NCBI GenBank assembly: GCA_000091205.1
Contig: AP006494.2
Direction: 5' to 3' (one strand)
Length of the DNA: 64,000 bases
DNA from: Cyanidioschyzon merolae
Taxonomy: Eukaryota
Shown: positions 10,987-21,245 of the stretch, piece by piece
Numbering within the stretch: the stretch's first letter is position 1
How the letters are laid out: the number at the start of each line of letters is the position of its first letter
Position numbers and translations under genes: made by a program
Notes under the pieces: model-generated
Database searches by the model: none
The model's input: the letters and a program-made list of their open reading frames with translations, nothing else
What the model was told of the DNA's origin: nothing

Positions 10987-12130
10987 TTTGCGGCGCTGGA
11001 GAGGAGACCCGAGCAGCTGACGCCATCTAACTTTGTCGGGAAACCGCTCCGGGTCGAGATGAATAAGGAGAAAGTGAAGCCAGTAGTTGGCGACCGGTCG
11101 ACAAAGACTGGGAGCTGTCTCCTTATCGATGGATTGACATCCAGTCTATGGCGGGCGGCGCGCCGCTCGCCACTATTGGACCCCGCTTATGTAGCGTACG
11201 CCGCTCGGAAGGCATGTCGTTGTTACCGGTGCGACGGATGCGTTGATGCTGGCTCTGCTGGGGCAATGCAGCTGGTGCTTGAAGCACTGCGGGTGCGCTC
11301 GTTGATGCGCTGCTGCTTTGATCCTCGGGCGACTCGTCTCGACGGCTGCGTACGACCGGACGACGCTGATGCTGATGCTGATGCTGATGGCGTACGATCG
11401 CGAGCGAAACTGTTTCTATGTGCATAGTGAGGGCGTATTCGATGTCAGAAACAGACTGGGTCACGTTTCCGGTACACTGGTCATGCGGATCATCAGAATG
11501 CTGTTACCAGTGGCATTGGAAATGCGATGATGCGCTTGCATCCGCGTCTGAACACAATGTGGGCTTTCGCGAGCTCCCCCGGACTGCATGCGACGCGTGA
11601 GCACGCATCGCGCACCGATCGCCACAGCTGTTTGCGCGTTTGTGGAACAGCAGCTGCCTTGGCGCTCCGACTTGTCGCTGAAGCACCTCATTGCGATTCG
11701 GTGGCAACGCAGATCCATTGCAGGCGTCAGCATCCGTCCCTGGGCAATGTCCAGGTTGCAGGTACGCGATCCATGCTTCAGCAATATGCACAAAACATAA
11801 TGATAGCCTCGTGACGCTTGCAGAGCAAACGTCGTCCGAGTCCCTTGTTTGGGCTGATGCACATGAACCAGAGATCCCGGGTTGCGCGATGGACGCTGTT
11901 TTCTTGCACTGACGGCAACTTTCGGGAAATCGCCCTAGATCCGGGTACTCCCCAGTCCAGTAGGGCGCCGCAGCGTATCGAGCAGCGCACGCTCTAGGTG
12001 GACACCATGGCAATGTCCAAAATAATCCATTTTATACTGATTTACCTCCGGATCACTCGTGGACGGTACGTAGCGCCTGCCGCGATCCGGCCCGCAGCGC
12101 TTTGTCCATCCTGAACTGTTTCGTCCGCGA

Positions 12131-12733
12131 GTGCTTCTATTTTTGTTGACGAAGACGCAGAATGCCCCGTGCTCGATGGGTTTGATTTTCCATGTAGTGG
12201 TCCTCATCGCTGAGGGTATCTCGTTGGCGTTTCTAGGTTTTTCTCTTTTGGTAGGTATTCAGGCGCTCACTGGTCTCGCGGAGGAGTTCCCAACTTCGTC
12301 CAAGCGACTGTTACGGGCGCTGGCACTGCTCGTGTTGCTTCTGCAAGTGCTACTCCTTGCGATCGACGGCCTTCCTCCTGTGCCAGTGGCGGTTGGCTGC
12401 CTCGCGCACTACACCTACTATTTATGGACTTGGAAGGACAACTTTGTTCGTGTGCGCGTGCGGCAGCTCCTGTTGATCAGCACTGTTGTACTGTTTCTCG
12501 TGTCCAACGTAGTGTGGGCGCAAACGTTATGGCACTTTTACGACCCGTGGATATACAGCCATCGTATGACAAGCGATGTGGCAAGTTGGCGCGAGGGTTT
12601 GCTGGCGCGGAACACGTTTACTGCCGCACACATCATGTTTATTTGCGTCTGGCTCTTGCCACTAAGTCTGCTCCTGGTCTTTGGAAGCAGAGAGCGCGAT
12701 GCAGAAAATAGTTTTGCACGCGACCAATCATGA
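12131..12733 (+). CDS. TEX261/Erv26/Svp26-family multipass membrane protein (ER export adaptor-like), about 200 aa; start may be the internal Met
   Basis: About 4 predicted TM helices. GLAEEFPTSSKRLLRALALLVLLLQ resembles the TEX261 segment [22 protein letters not shown]. Size and topology fit. Confidence 0.45.
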   Translation: MLLFLLTKTQNAPCSMGLIFHVVVLIAEGISLAFLGFSLLVGIQALTGLAEEFPTSSKRLLRALALLVLLLQVLLLAIDGLPPVPVAVGCLAHYTYYLWTWKDNFVRVRVRQLLLISTVVLFLVSNVVWAQTLWHFYDPWIYSHRMTSDVASWREGLLARNTFTAAHIMFICVWLLPLSLLLVFGSRERDAENSFARDQS

Positions 12734-13101
12734 ATGGCTAGTCTCCTGGCTCCATAGACGCATCGTGCGTGTTGTCAGCGATGCTGCGGGGCGTCTGGAC
12801 GGGAGCGGGCTGCTTGCGTGGTTGCGCGTGGGCGCTGGCGACCCGCCGCAAGACCTGCATGATGCCAGGCACTGGTCTGGATGTTGTGAGCTGCAGGCAC
12901 CGAAGCGAGTGTACGCAGACGGGTAATCGTCAAAGACGCAGCGCCGGGGCGGTTGCCCAGAGCGGATGTGTTGCCGTCTGCTGCAGCCGCTGGGGTATGC
13001 GCATCTCTTCTGGCAAGTTTCGATGATGCACATTGACTACGGATATTTATTCGGATTGCGGGACGGTTTCGATGCATACAGAACGACCGAATCCTAGCTA
13101 G

Positions 13102-14601
13102 TCACATAATAAAGACCTTGCGGCATATATCGCGACTAAACTCGTGACCCGTTGCAGGGTCGCGCACAAAGCGTCCATCAGGTCGTTGTTCGGTAAGCAG
13201 GTCCACAGCTTCGGCACTGTACACGTTGCCGTTTGGTAAGACAATTGGCGGATTATGCTCATCCATCAGTTTTCCGGTAACGCGGCATAGCAGAATGGAG
13301 TGCGTATGCGAGCTGTATGGGAGGTCCTTGGCAAGCGCGTTAAAGGGATAAGCGCAGGTCGGACACAGTCGAGCGCGATCGCCCAGCGCACTGACATGCT
13401 CGTCGAAAGCCGAGGAAGCGAGCTGGCCTCGCTCAGCGTCGCCTGTCGACATGCTGACTTCTTGGTGTCGCGCATGCCCGACGGGGCCCTCTATTGACGT
13501 TGGGCCTTGGCTCGCTCTCCCTGCACGTGTCGCAGGGTTCGTTTCCAAGGTGTACGGCTTGCACTTGCGGGTCTTCAGGGCGGCGAGGCCCGGCTCAATG
13601 AGCAGATCGAGCAACGGCACGGATGGTAGCATATTCAATTCAAAATGGGTGGATAGGAACTTTTCGATCAGAGTATCCCACCGTTTCGGATCATAGAGCC
13701 GCCTGTAGGGTTCGCATGATGTTTCCGGCGGATATGCCAGCAGCGTGACGCATCGTTTCACCAGAGCGTACTCCTCCAGCGCGCGTGGATCGGCGTCAGC
13801 GTCAGGCTTGCTCGCAAGGAGTCCATTGAAATGTTTCCGAGCATAGAGCACTGCCGCATTCACCTCACGTGCCCGACATAGTTCTATAAACTCTTGAACT
13901 CTGAGGTTCAGCTCTAGACTGGAGCCCAGTCGAGACAAGCGACGGCGATTTTCCGCACAGTACTGAAGCGCCTCGGTAGCGCGATTCGCTCGCAGCCCAA
14001 CCACCACTGGAACTATGGCTTCAAATACGCCCATGTCAACAAAGGGTGCCAGTCCCCAGCGCTCAATAGCGCGTCGCGCAGTTTCGAGATACCCCTGTCT
14101 GAGCATGAAATCGACCAGGAAACGAAGCAGGCGATGCTGGGTGGCGTCCGTGGATACCTCCCTTTGGCTCAGGTCGCATTGTCCGCTGTCCATCGCCGGC
14201 TCCCTAGCACGCTCGGTTGTATCTTTTGCATCAGAATCCGTGACCTGGTATCTCGCAAACGCCGGGGTTTGGGCGCTCTCTTGCGCCAAGTCAAGCATTT
14301 GGGTATCGAGGCCAGCCTCCGTCAGCAAAATCCTCAAACGCTGCCTCAAGTTACTGATCTGCTCCTGGTCTTTTCGATCCCAGCTCTCCAATGCAGTACG
14401 GAACTCGTCAATTTCTTTTGAAAGCTCTTCAAGGACGCTCGCCACAGTGGCACTGTCACCAGCGTCACCAAGCTGGCTGAGAAGCGTTCGCAGCTGCTCC
14501 GCCTTGCGATCGCAGAGCCGTTTGTGATTACGCAGGTTCACTTGAAAGGCCTCAGCTGGCAAGACCAGCATGGCTCTTTCGAGCTCCATGGTTTTACGCA
14601 C
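13102..14601 (-). CDS. MAEA: GID/CTLH E3 ligase subunit MAEA/Fyv10 (Gid9)-like, 499 aa, with LisH-CTLH-CRA and a C-terminal degenerate RING-Gid
   Basis: C-terminus CPTCAYPFNALAKDLPYSSHTHSILLCRVTGKLMDEHNPPIVLPNGNVYSAEAV is the characteristic MAEA/Fyv10 RING-Gid motif. A CTLH-like region (LLRFLVDFMLRQGYLETARR) lies upstream. Confidence 0.8.
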   Translation of the reverse strand: MRKTMELERAMLVLPAEAFQVNLRNHKRLCDRKAEQLRTLLSQLGDAGDSATVASVLEELSKEIDEFRTALESWDRKDQEQISNLRQRLRILLTEAGLDTQMLDLAQESAQTPAFARYQVTDSDAKDTTERAREPAMDSGQCDLSQREVSTDATQHRLLRFLVDFMLRQGYLETARRAIERWGLAPFVDMGVFEAIVPVVVGLRANRATEALQYCAENRRRLSRLGSSLELNLRVQEFIELCRAREVNAAVLYARKHFNGLLASKPDADADPRALEEYALVKRCVTLLAYPPETSCEPYRRLYDPKRWDTLIEKFLSTHFELNMLPSVPLLDLLIEPGLAALKTRKCKPYTLETNPATRAGRASQGPTSIEGPVGHARHQEVSMSTGDAERGQLASSAFDEHVSALGDRARLCPTCAYPFNALAKDLPYSSHTHSILLCRVTGKLMDEHNPPIVLPNGNVYSAEAVDLLTEQRPDGRFVRDPATGHEFSRDICRKVFIM

Positions 14602-16223
14602 CCCGCTATAGGACGAAAGGAAAACCCCTGCACACTCGTATGGAACGCGTGCTAAGCAAACCTAGCTGCGACGAGTACCCGAGGCTGCGGCTGCAACCTG
14701 CCTGTTGGCGAGGCGATCTGCGTCCGTTACGATGGGCGTCACGCGCTGCAGCGGCGCGACGCTGGGGTCGTCACCCGGCCCTGTGGGGGCACACGCGCTT
14801 CCACGGCAGTAGAGGTCGTCTAACGCCGATGCGAAGCCCTGAACACGGGTATACATGGTGGAGCGCTTCAGCACCCAAGAGCCGCTATCTGTGTTCCTGA
14901 TTAGTAGTGGTAGCAGATGTTGTTGCTGTAGCTGTAGATGCAGCACGAATTGGAGATGCTCTCAGCAATTTCCCATCTGTGGGCCAGAGCGTCCGAGGAA
15001 CATCTCATCGACACAAGGGTCCTTGCTCGTTCTGTCCACAACTAGTTTCGCGAGGAACCTGTAACAGAGCTGACGCGCTCGCTATCCCGTCCGAATCGGT
15101 AGCGTTCCAGAGGCTCACTTTGCCAGCAACCTGCCTGTCGCTTGACGCACCTTCAGCAATGCTATTGGAGCGGTCGTTGGCGCTGCAGGCCACCAGGGCC
15201 TCAGCGCAAACTGCCCGTTCGAAGCTGGTCTCGTGAACGCTGACGGGACAAGTTTTGAACTTGGATGGTATGCCGTCCAGAACGATCCCCGTATCGGTGC
15301 TGCGTGAAATGGTGCTTGCAAGTTAGAAAGGGTTACTGCATCGCCTGCTGAACGCGCGATGGATCATGCCTTTTCTATGAACGTGACTCCTGCTCTTTTT
15401 ATTTGCGGGTTCTGGGTTTGTGTGTGTGTGTATAAAATCATATACGCTATACGGGGCTTCTCGATTGCGTGATGCTCATCGGCTACCGGGAAGACGTCCA
15501 GCGTTCCGCACCAGAGCAGCGCGTTTTCCCTGCCATCAACGCGAAACCCCGGACATTCCCCTTCATGAGATCCCTCGTCAACGAGCGTATGGTGCAGTCC
15601 AGAGGGGACTGAGTGATGCGGAAATTCCTTCGTTATATAGGGTCGAATTCTGGTGCAATTTCAGGGAGACACGGTGGCGTCGTCATCACGAGCTCACCTG
15701 TGCAGATGGCCTCCATTCGGTGAGCTGGTGTGGCGGACGCCCCCGTCCCGCCCTCAAGTCTCTATCGCCGGAGGCATTACCTGAGCACGCAGCGGCTCGC
15801 AAATGCGAGTTGCATGCCCCAGTCTGGGTCAGTACGCACCGGCACCCTGTCGATACGAGGCAGCGGTACTGGCAACGGGATCCAAACCCCTGCCAGATGC
15901 AGTGCTGGGGAATTTTAACGGGTACTCGGGGCGCTGCCCTGGGCCGCTCCCGAGGATCGCCCCCCCCCCCCCCCAGCACCGAATCCCCTGGTACGGCACG
16001 ATTCAGGGATTAAATTTTTGAGTTTTGAGCGAGTTGCAAGAGCGATCTCCCGCGACCAGCACGATTAACAGCAGCTAATACCTCTGTCCGAGTATCGAAA
16101 AGATCTGGAACCTTTAAAAGCGTTTCTTTTGTGTGCGTGTGTCGCAGAGCAGAGGACTGTATACTGCCCACTACTGCCTGCTCCTGCGCACTGTAGGGAC
16201 TCCGTCCGGAACCGGTAGCTGGC

Positions 16224-17681
16224 GTGCCCGGAGCGCGACGCAGCGTGCCTGTACGCAGGCTGCATAGAGCAGTGCGCTCGCTTGCTTCAGAAATAGAGCA
16301 GCGAATGACCTCTGGATCGAATCCTGCAGAGGCTGTAGAGAGCAGCGTGCTTGCTGACGGCACGTACGACGTGGTGATTACTGGAACCGGCCTCACCGAG
16401 TGCATCCTTTCAGGGCTGCTCTCCAAGCGAGGTTTCAAAGTGTTGCATATCGATCGCAATCCATACTATGGCGGTGCGTGCGCCTCGTTGGATCTCCAGC
16501 AGATGTGGAAAAAGTTCTGTTTGTCGGGTTCGATTCCCGAGGAACTGGGGAGTGCTCGTGAGTACAACATCGACCTGATTCCCAAGTTTATCCTTGCGAC
16601 TGGGAAGCTGGTGCGGATTCTCGTTTATACGGGAGCGACGCGTTACCTGGATTTCAAGCTGGTTGACGGATCCTTTGTTCACACAGGTGACCGACCGCAC
16701 CGCGTACCGTCGACACCCATGGACGCCCTGCGATCCAGCCTGTTTAGCCTTCTGGAAAAGAACCGTTGCCGTCAGTTTTTTGGGTTCGTCCAATCGTACG
16801 ATCCGGAGCAGGTCACCCAGCGGGGGCCCGATCCCAGAACGATGACCATGCGAGCGCTCTATGACTATTTCGGTCTCCAGGAGACAACGCGAACACTCAT
16901 CGGACATGCGATAGCGCTCTACACGAACGACGCCTATCTGGAATGGCCAGCGCTGCCAACCATCGAGCGAATCAAAGTTTACGCACAGAGTGTTGCCCGA
17001 TACGGCAGTTCCCCTTATATCTATCCGATGTACGGTCTGGGCGAATTACCCCAGGCATTCGCTCGACTCAGCGCTGTTCACGGGGGCGTCTATATGCTCC
17101 GAACCGACGTTGAAACGATTCTAACCGACACCGAAACTGGACGTGTATGTGGAATTCGGACCCCAGATGGCCGCGAAGCGCGTTGTCGCTTTGTTGTGGG
17201 CGATCCGAGCTACTTTCCAGATTTGGTGCATCGAGTGGGGCGTATCATCCGATGCTACTGTATCCTGCGGGCGGCACCGGCACACATCCGTGAAGCATCA
17301 TCCTGCCAAGTCATTGTACTGCACCGAGCAGTAGCCGCTGAGCGCCGCAACGACATCTACGTACTGGTACTCAACAGCGCACACCGCGTCGCTGCGCCGG
17401 ATCGCTATATCGCCTTGGTGAGTACCGTCATGGAAACCGCGGACGCGGAGCAGGAGATTGAGGCAGGTCTAGCAATTCTCGGTGGTGAAGCCAATATTCT
17501 CGCCCGTTTCCTCACGGTCGACGACGTTTTCGAACCGATACACGACGGTCGAGAATGCGGTATCTTTGTGAGCAGAAGCTACGACGCAACGACGCATTTT
17601 GAATCGACAACTGAGGACGTGCTCGATCTCTACAGGCGCATCGTCGGTGAAGAGTTGATGTTTGATGACAAGCCCGTTTGA
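16224..17681 (+). CDS. GDI: Rab GDP-dissociation inhibitor (GDI); likely true start MTSGSN at 16305
   Basis: YDVVITGTGLTECILSGLLSKRGFKVLHIDRNPYYGG...DLIPKFILATGKLVRILVYTGATRYLDFK...SPYIYPMYGLGELPQAFARLSAVHGGVYML...DATTHFESTTEDVLDLYRRI is collinear with GDI alpha/beta along the whole length. Confidence 0.9.
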   Translation: MPGARRSVPVRRLHRAVRSLASEIEQRMTSGSNPAEAVESSVLADGTYDVVITGTGLTECILSGLLSKRGFKVLHIDRNPYYGGACASLDLQQMWKKFCLSGSIPEELGSAREYNIDLIPKFILATGKLVRILVYTGATRYLDFKLVDGSFVHTGDRPHRVPSTPMDALRSSLFSLLEKNRCRQFFGFVQSYDPEQVTQRGPDPRTMTMRALYDYFGLQETTRTLIGHAIALYTNDAYLEWPALPTIERIKVYAQSVARYGSSPYIYPMYGLGELPQAFARLSAVHGGVYMLRTDVETILTDTETGRVCGIRTPDGREARCRFVVGDPSYFPDLVHRVGRIIRCYCILRAAPAHIREASSCQVIVLHRAVAAERRNDIYVLVLNSAHRVAAPDRYIALVSTVMETADAEQEIEAGLAILGGEANILARFLTVDDVFEPIHDGRECGIFVSRSYDATTHFESTTEDVLDLYRRIVGEELMFDDKPV

Positions 17682-18823
17682 ACCTGGCGTAAATGCGTTG
17701 ATTTGTGCGCAGCAGCGTTTTACCTTTCCCAGGGAGCGGGGTCAAGGCGAATGAGTGCCATTGATGGAATCCAAGGCACGAGTCAACATGCTCACCGTAG
17801 GCTTGTCACCGATTTGCATGCACTGGTTGTCGCTCATTGCATCACAGGATGACAAGGCGAGCGCTCCTGCAGAACAGAGTGCCCAATCCCAGCGAATTGC
17901 ACCCACCGCCAAGTACACTGCGTGCGCGGCGGCAACGAAATGCACCCAGTGATCCATATTCGAATGAGCACCGAAGGCTTCTCTGTGCGCTGCAAATCCT
18001 GTCCGATTCTCTGCGCAGGAAGCGCACGAACAGCGCGCAGTCCGTCCGGGGGACAGCGAATGCTCGGCACAATCGCTGGGCCTCGGCAGGAACAGAGCGC
18101 CTGCTTGTGTTCCCTTCGACGAAAGAGGGCGACTTGTGAGCAATTGGTATCGATAAAGATGAGGTTCCATCGGGTTCTGAGCCGCACACGATGGCGCTTG
18201 CCCCCGCGCCTCCATAGACTCGCAATTTCCCTGGGGTAGAGATTTCAACCAAATGAAGCCGTGAGCGGCTCTGAGACAAAGTCTAGCGCCTTAAACCCTC
18301 TTGTTTGATACAGTACAAGAGTCGGCACAACCAGGTGATGCAAAAACAAGGTCCATAGCTTTGATTCATGCATCGCGGCGCTTTAGAGCGGATCGCCTAG
18401 GTGCATACTCTCGATCGATCTATCATTCATGCACCAGTGCGTAAATCCTCTTACGCACAAATCCTTGCATTTGCTGATACAGGAAGCACGCAGTCAGATA
18501 CCCTACCACAGCGTTCTTGCAACGATCCCACGGATGCAAACGGGTATCCGTTTGCATCATGGCTTTCAGTATGGCACATGCTTCTCGATCCCGGGACGGC
18601 GTCACAAGAGACGCTGCAACTGATGCAGCGCTCGGGACAGCTGCATGTTCACGCTCATCTTGCGGGCATTTTGTACAAGTCAGCGCCTTTCCAGAAACCG
18701 TTCGATATGCTTGCGGCAGCGTTTCGGGCAAGCTGCAAGCGACACACGTGACGAAGCTCCCGCCGTCACGTGTACGGGGCGTCCACGCGCATCCACCAGC
18801 GCCTGTGTATGTGTATGTGTTTT

Positions 18824-19678
18824 TCAAACACAAGACGAAGCGTCTCGCTGCATTGCGTCCGATGGTGATGATGATGATGCCTGAACGCCGAGCCACTCGA
18901 CCAGCGTCCTCACGCCGTGCTTCCCGCCAAGCGCCCTACGAACACGAGCAGGCAGAGGTTTTTCCATGAATTCACAACCCTCAACATCCAAACGCCGCAA
19001 GGACGGAGCGATGACCTGGATCCCGAGTGGCAGCTGTCGCAGACGAGCATTGCCACGGAGGTCGAGGCTCCACAACCGGTGCCAGAGACGAATGGAGTCG
19101 GGCAGCTCCTCCAGATCGCAGTACTCCAGTTTAACTACCCTGATGTTGCTCGTATGCATTGAGCAGAGCCCAATTATCCGCTTTAAACCCGTATAGCTGA
19201 GGTCTATAACACGGATTGGATGGGTGCACGCCAAACCGGTGATCAGCGTTTGAGGAAGCGCTTGGACTTGGGGATTGTGTGCCAGCGACAAGACTTCCAA
19301 CTCAGGTAAGCGAGCAAGCTCAAGACCATCCAGCGGCGACGCTAGATGATTATTTGACAAGTCTAGTACGCGAAGTGTTTCGCCGACTTCCTCAATCAGC
19401 CAGCTGGGAAAGTGTTGCAGCCGGTTGTGGGCAAGGTTCAGGTACCAAACGGGACACGGAGGCGTGTCAGGGCAGACTTCATTTTCTAAACACCGAAACT
19501 CTCTCCAAACCTCAAGTAACTCGACGTCTACAAGGCAAAGTCCACTCAGGTCGACAATACCGAGTTTGTCACCGACACTCCGCTCCAGTTTCCGCCGCGT
19601 CTCCGCAGCGAGGCAACGTCGGTCGTCGACGACATCCTTCGTGCAGCCTGCTCGCTGTAACTCGATTGCATGGTTCAT
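18824..19678 (-). CDS. Leucine-rich-repeat protein, 284 aa
   Basis: Tandem LxxLxLxxN motifs: LRVLDLSNNHLASPLDGLELARLPELEVLSLAHNPQVQALPQ...IRVIDLSYTGLKRI...LWSLDLRGNARLRQLP. Confidence 0.6.
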   Translation of the reverse strand: MNHAIELQRAGCTKDVVDDRRCLAAETRRKLERSVGDKLGIVDLSGLCLVDVELLEVWREFRCLENEVCPDTPPCPVWYLNLAHNRLQHFPSWLIEEVGETLRVLDLSNNHLASPLDGLELARLPELEVLSLAHNPQVQALPQTLITGLACTHPIRVIDLSYTGLKRIIGLCSMHTSNIRVVKLEYCDLEELPDSIRLWHRLWSLDLRGNARLRQLPLGIQVIAPSLRRLDVEGCEFMEKPLPARVRRALGGKHGVRTLVEWLGVQASSSSPSDAMQRDASSCV

Positions 19679-19943
19679 CCAGTGCTAACCTGCCAACCTT
19701 TCTATTCTGAATATGACAGAGACAGGGAGTTTTCCGTGTCACCAGTACCAGCAGCCGTGGCTAGGGACCCGCGTGTACCCCGGGCGGGCAACAGTTCTCG
19801 CAAGCTTCGCCACAGCGCATGCTCGCTCGACAGCGGCATGCGGTTTTGTTGGGACACAGCAAGCACCGGGTTGCTGTTGCAGGTTGCAGGGCTAGAACGC
19901 CCGATGCTATCCGGAGCGCGTTTTCCGCACGGGTTAAGATGAG

Positions 19944-21245
19944 ATGACCAGGCAGAAGCTTTTGGAGGAGCTCGAGCTGCGGCTACAGGAACGCAAACGG
20001 CGGGGGCTCTGGAGAGCGCTTCGCTCACCGGGTGAGGCCGGTGCTCAAGATCCGGCCTACGAGTTTGCATCAAACGACTATCTTAGCTTTGCACGAAGCC
20101 CTGAGCTGGAAGAACTCACAGCAAAGCTGGTTGAGGAGGCGCGATGGAGCGGGAGTCTCAGGAACGGCTCTGGTGGCTCGCGGTTACTCACAGGTGACTC
20201 GGGGTTCGCGCACGCCGTCGAGAAGCAGATTGCGCACTTCCACGAGGCAGAGGCTTGTCTGCTTTTCAACTCTGGTTACGACTGCAATCTCGGTGTTTTC
20301 AGTTGTATTGCAGCTGCCGGCCGGGACGTCGTGCTCGTTGACGAGCGCGTGCACGCGAGTATTCACGACGGATGTCGTTTGAGTCGAGCCCGCACTGTTC
20401 GACGCTTTCGACACAACGACCTCACTGATCTGAGGGAAAGTCTATCGACACTCCGCAAGGCGCTGGGCGACGAGTGCTGGATCTTCGTGGGCGTGGAATC
20501 CTGTTATTCAATGGATGGCGACCTACTAGCTCGCCCAGGAGAGCTACTCGACATGTGTGGTGCTTTTGGAGCGCTCCTTATCGTCGATGAGGCGCATTCC
20601 GTTGGTGTTCACGGACCGGATGGCCGCGGTCTCCTGCACCCATATAGAGCGCACCCAGCGCTGTTGGCGCGCGTGGTGACGTTTGGTAAGGCATTTGGTC
20701 TGCATGGGGCTGCGGTCCTGGGCGCACAACCACTCCTGCAGTATCTGCTGAACTATGCGCGACCGCTCATTTATAGCACCTCGCTACCACTGCACAGCTT
20801 GTGTGCTGTGAGCGCGGCGTACCGGCTCATGGCGACAGAGACCGCGGCACATCGGCGGAAGCTGCTCTGGGAGGCGGTTCGAATGTTCCATTCCCTCACG
20901 AGGGATCTGCGTTCGCGTTGCCCCCAGTTGCCACCGCCTTTAGTGAATCGGGAGAGTCCCATTCAGGCGATCATTATTCCCGGCAATGAAAACTGTGTCT
21001 TCGTGGCCAATGAACTTCGTCAGCGCGGTTTCGACGCCCGTCCAATTCGGTATCCAACCGTAGAGCGCGGAGCAGAGCGCATTCGAGTGGTGCTACACGC
21101 GCACAACACACCTGAGGCGATCAACGCCTTCGTACAGGCTCTGATCGATATCGTCGGGCAGCTTCCTAGTGCCATGTGTGACGCTAGGGGCACTCACCAG
21201 TCGGGTGCGCCGTTGCGTCCGGCGCTGTTGAACGCACGACTCTAA
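19944..21245 (+). CDS. Class-II aminotransferase of the alpha-oxoamine synthase family (8-amino-7-oxononanoate synthase/BioF or KBL-like), 433 aa
   Basis: ASNDYLSF...LLFNSGYDCNLGVFSCIA...IVDEAHSVGVHGPDGRGL...VVTFGKAFGLHGAAVLG. The PLP-lysine motif TFGKAFG and the SGY..N motif are typical of BioF/KBL/ALAS. Confidence 0.75.
   Translation: MTRQKLLEELELRLQERKRRGLWRALRSPGEAGAQDPAYEFASNDYLSFARSPELEELTAKLVEEARWSGSLRNGSGGSRLLTGDSGFAHAVEKQIAHFHEAEACLLFNSGYDCNLGVFSCIAAAGRDVVLVDERVHASIHDGCRLSRARTVRRFRHNDLTDLRESLSTLRKALGDECWIFVGVESCYSMDGDLLARPGELLDMCGAFGALLIVDEAHSVGVHGPDGRGLLHPYRAHPALLARVVTFGKAFGLHGAAVLGAQPLLQYLLNYARPLIYSTSLPLHSLCAVSAAYRLMATETAAHRRKLLWEAVRMFHSLTRDLRSRCPQLPPPLVNRESPIQAIIIPGNENCVFVANELRQRGFDARPIRYPTVERGAERIRVVLHAHNTPEAINAFVQALIDIVGQLPSAMCDARGTHQSGAPLRPALLNARL

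Larger units (their letters stand above)
7806..11200 (+). mobile_element. Long copy of a TnpB/Fanzor-like (OMEGA-type) element: about 1.3 kb 5' non-coding region with tandem repeats and a hairpin, then a roughly 1.9 kb TnpB-like gene split over at least three frames, then a conserved 3' module
   Basis: Left boundary is defined by the onset of 98% identity with the second copy at 49994. The right end is defined by loss of similarity to the 3' module of the 36-kb copy (about 37345). Internal motifs are listed under the pseudogene feature. Confidence 0.5.

Noticed and set aside
11059-11427. 122-aa + ORF just past the long element's RuvC-III region
   Set aside because: It begins inside the element's 3' module after the TGA, contains a (GCTGAT)4 microsatellite, and has no similarity to the 36-kb copy's downstream sequence. 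It is most likely non-coding flank.
15420-16013. 197-aa + ORF between MAEA and GDI
   Set aside because: It lies in a divergent promoter, is Pro/Arg-rich and low-complexity, ends in the poly-C tract, and has no recognisable domain.
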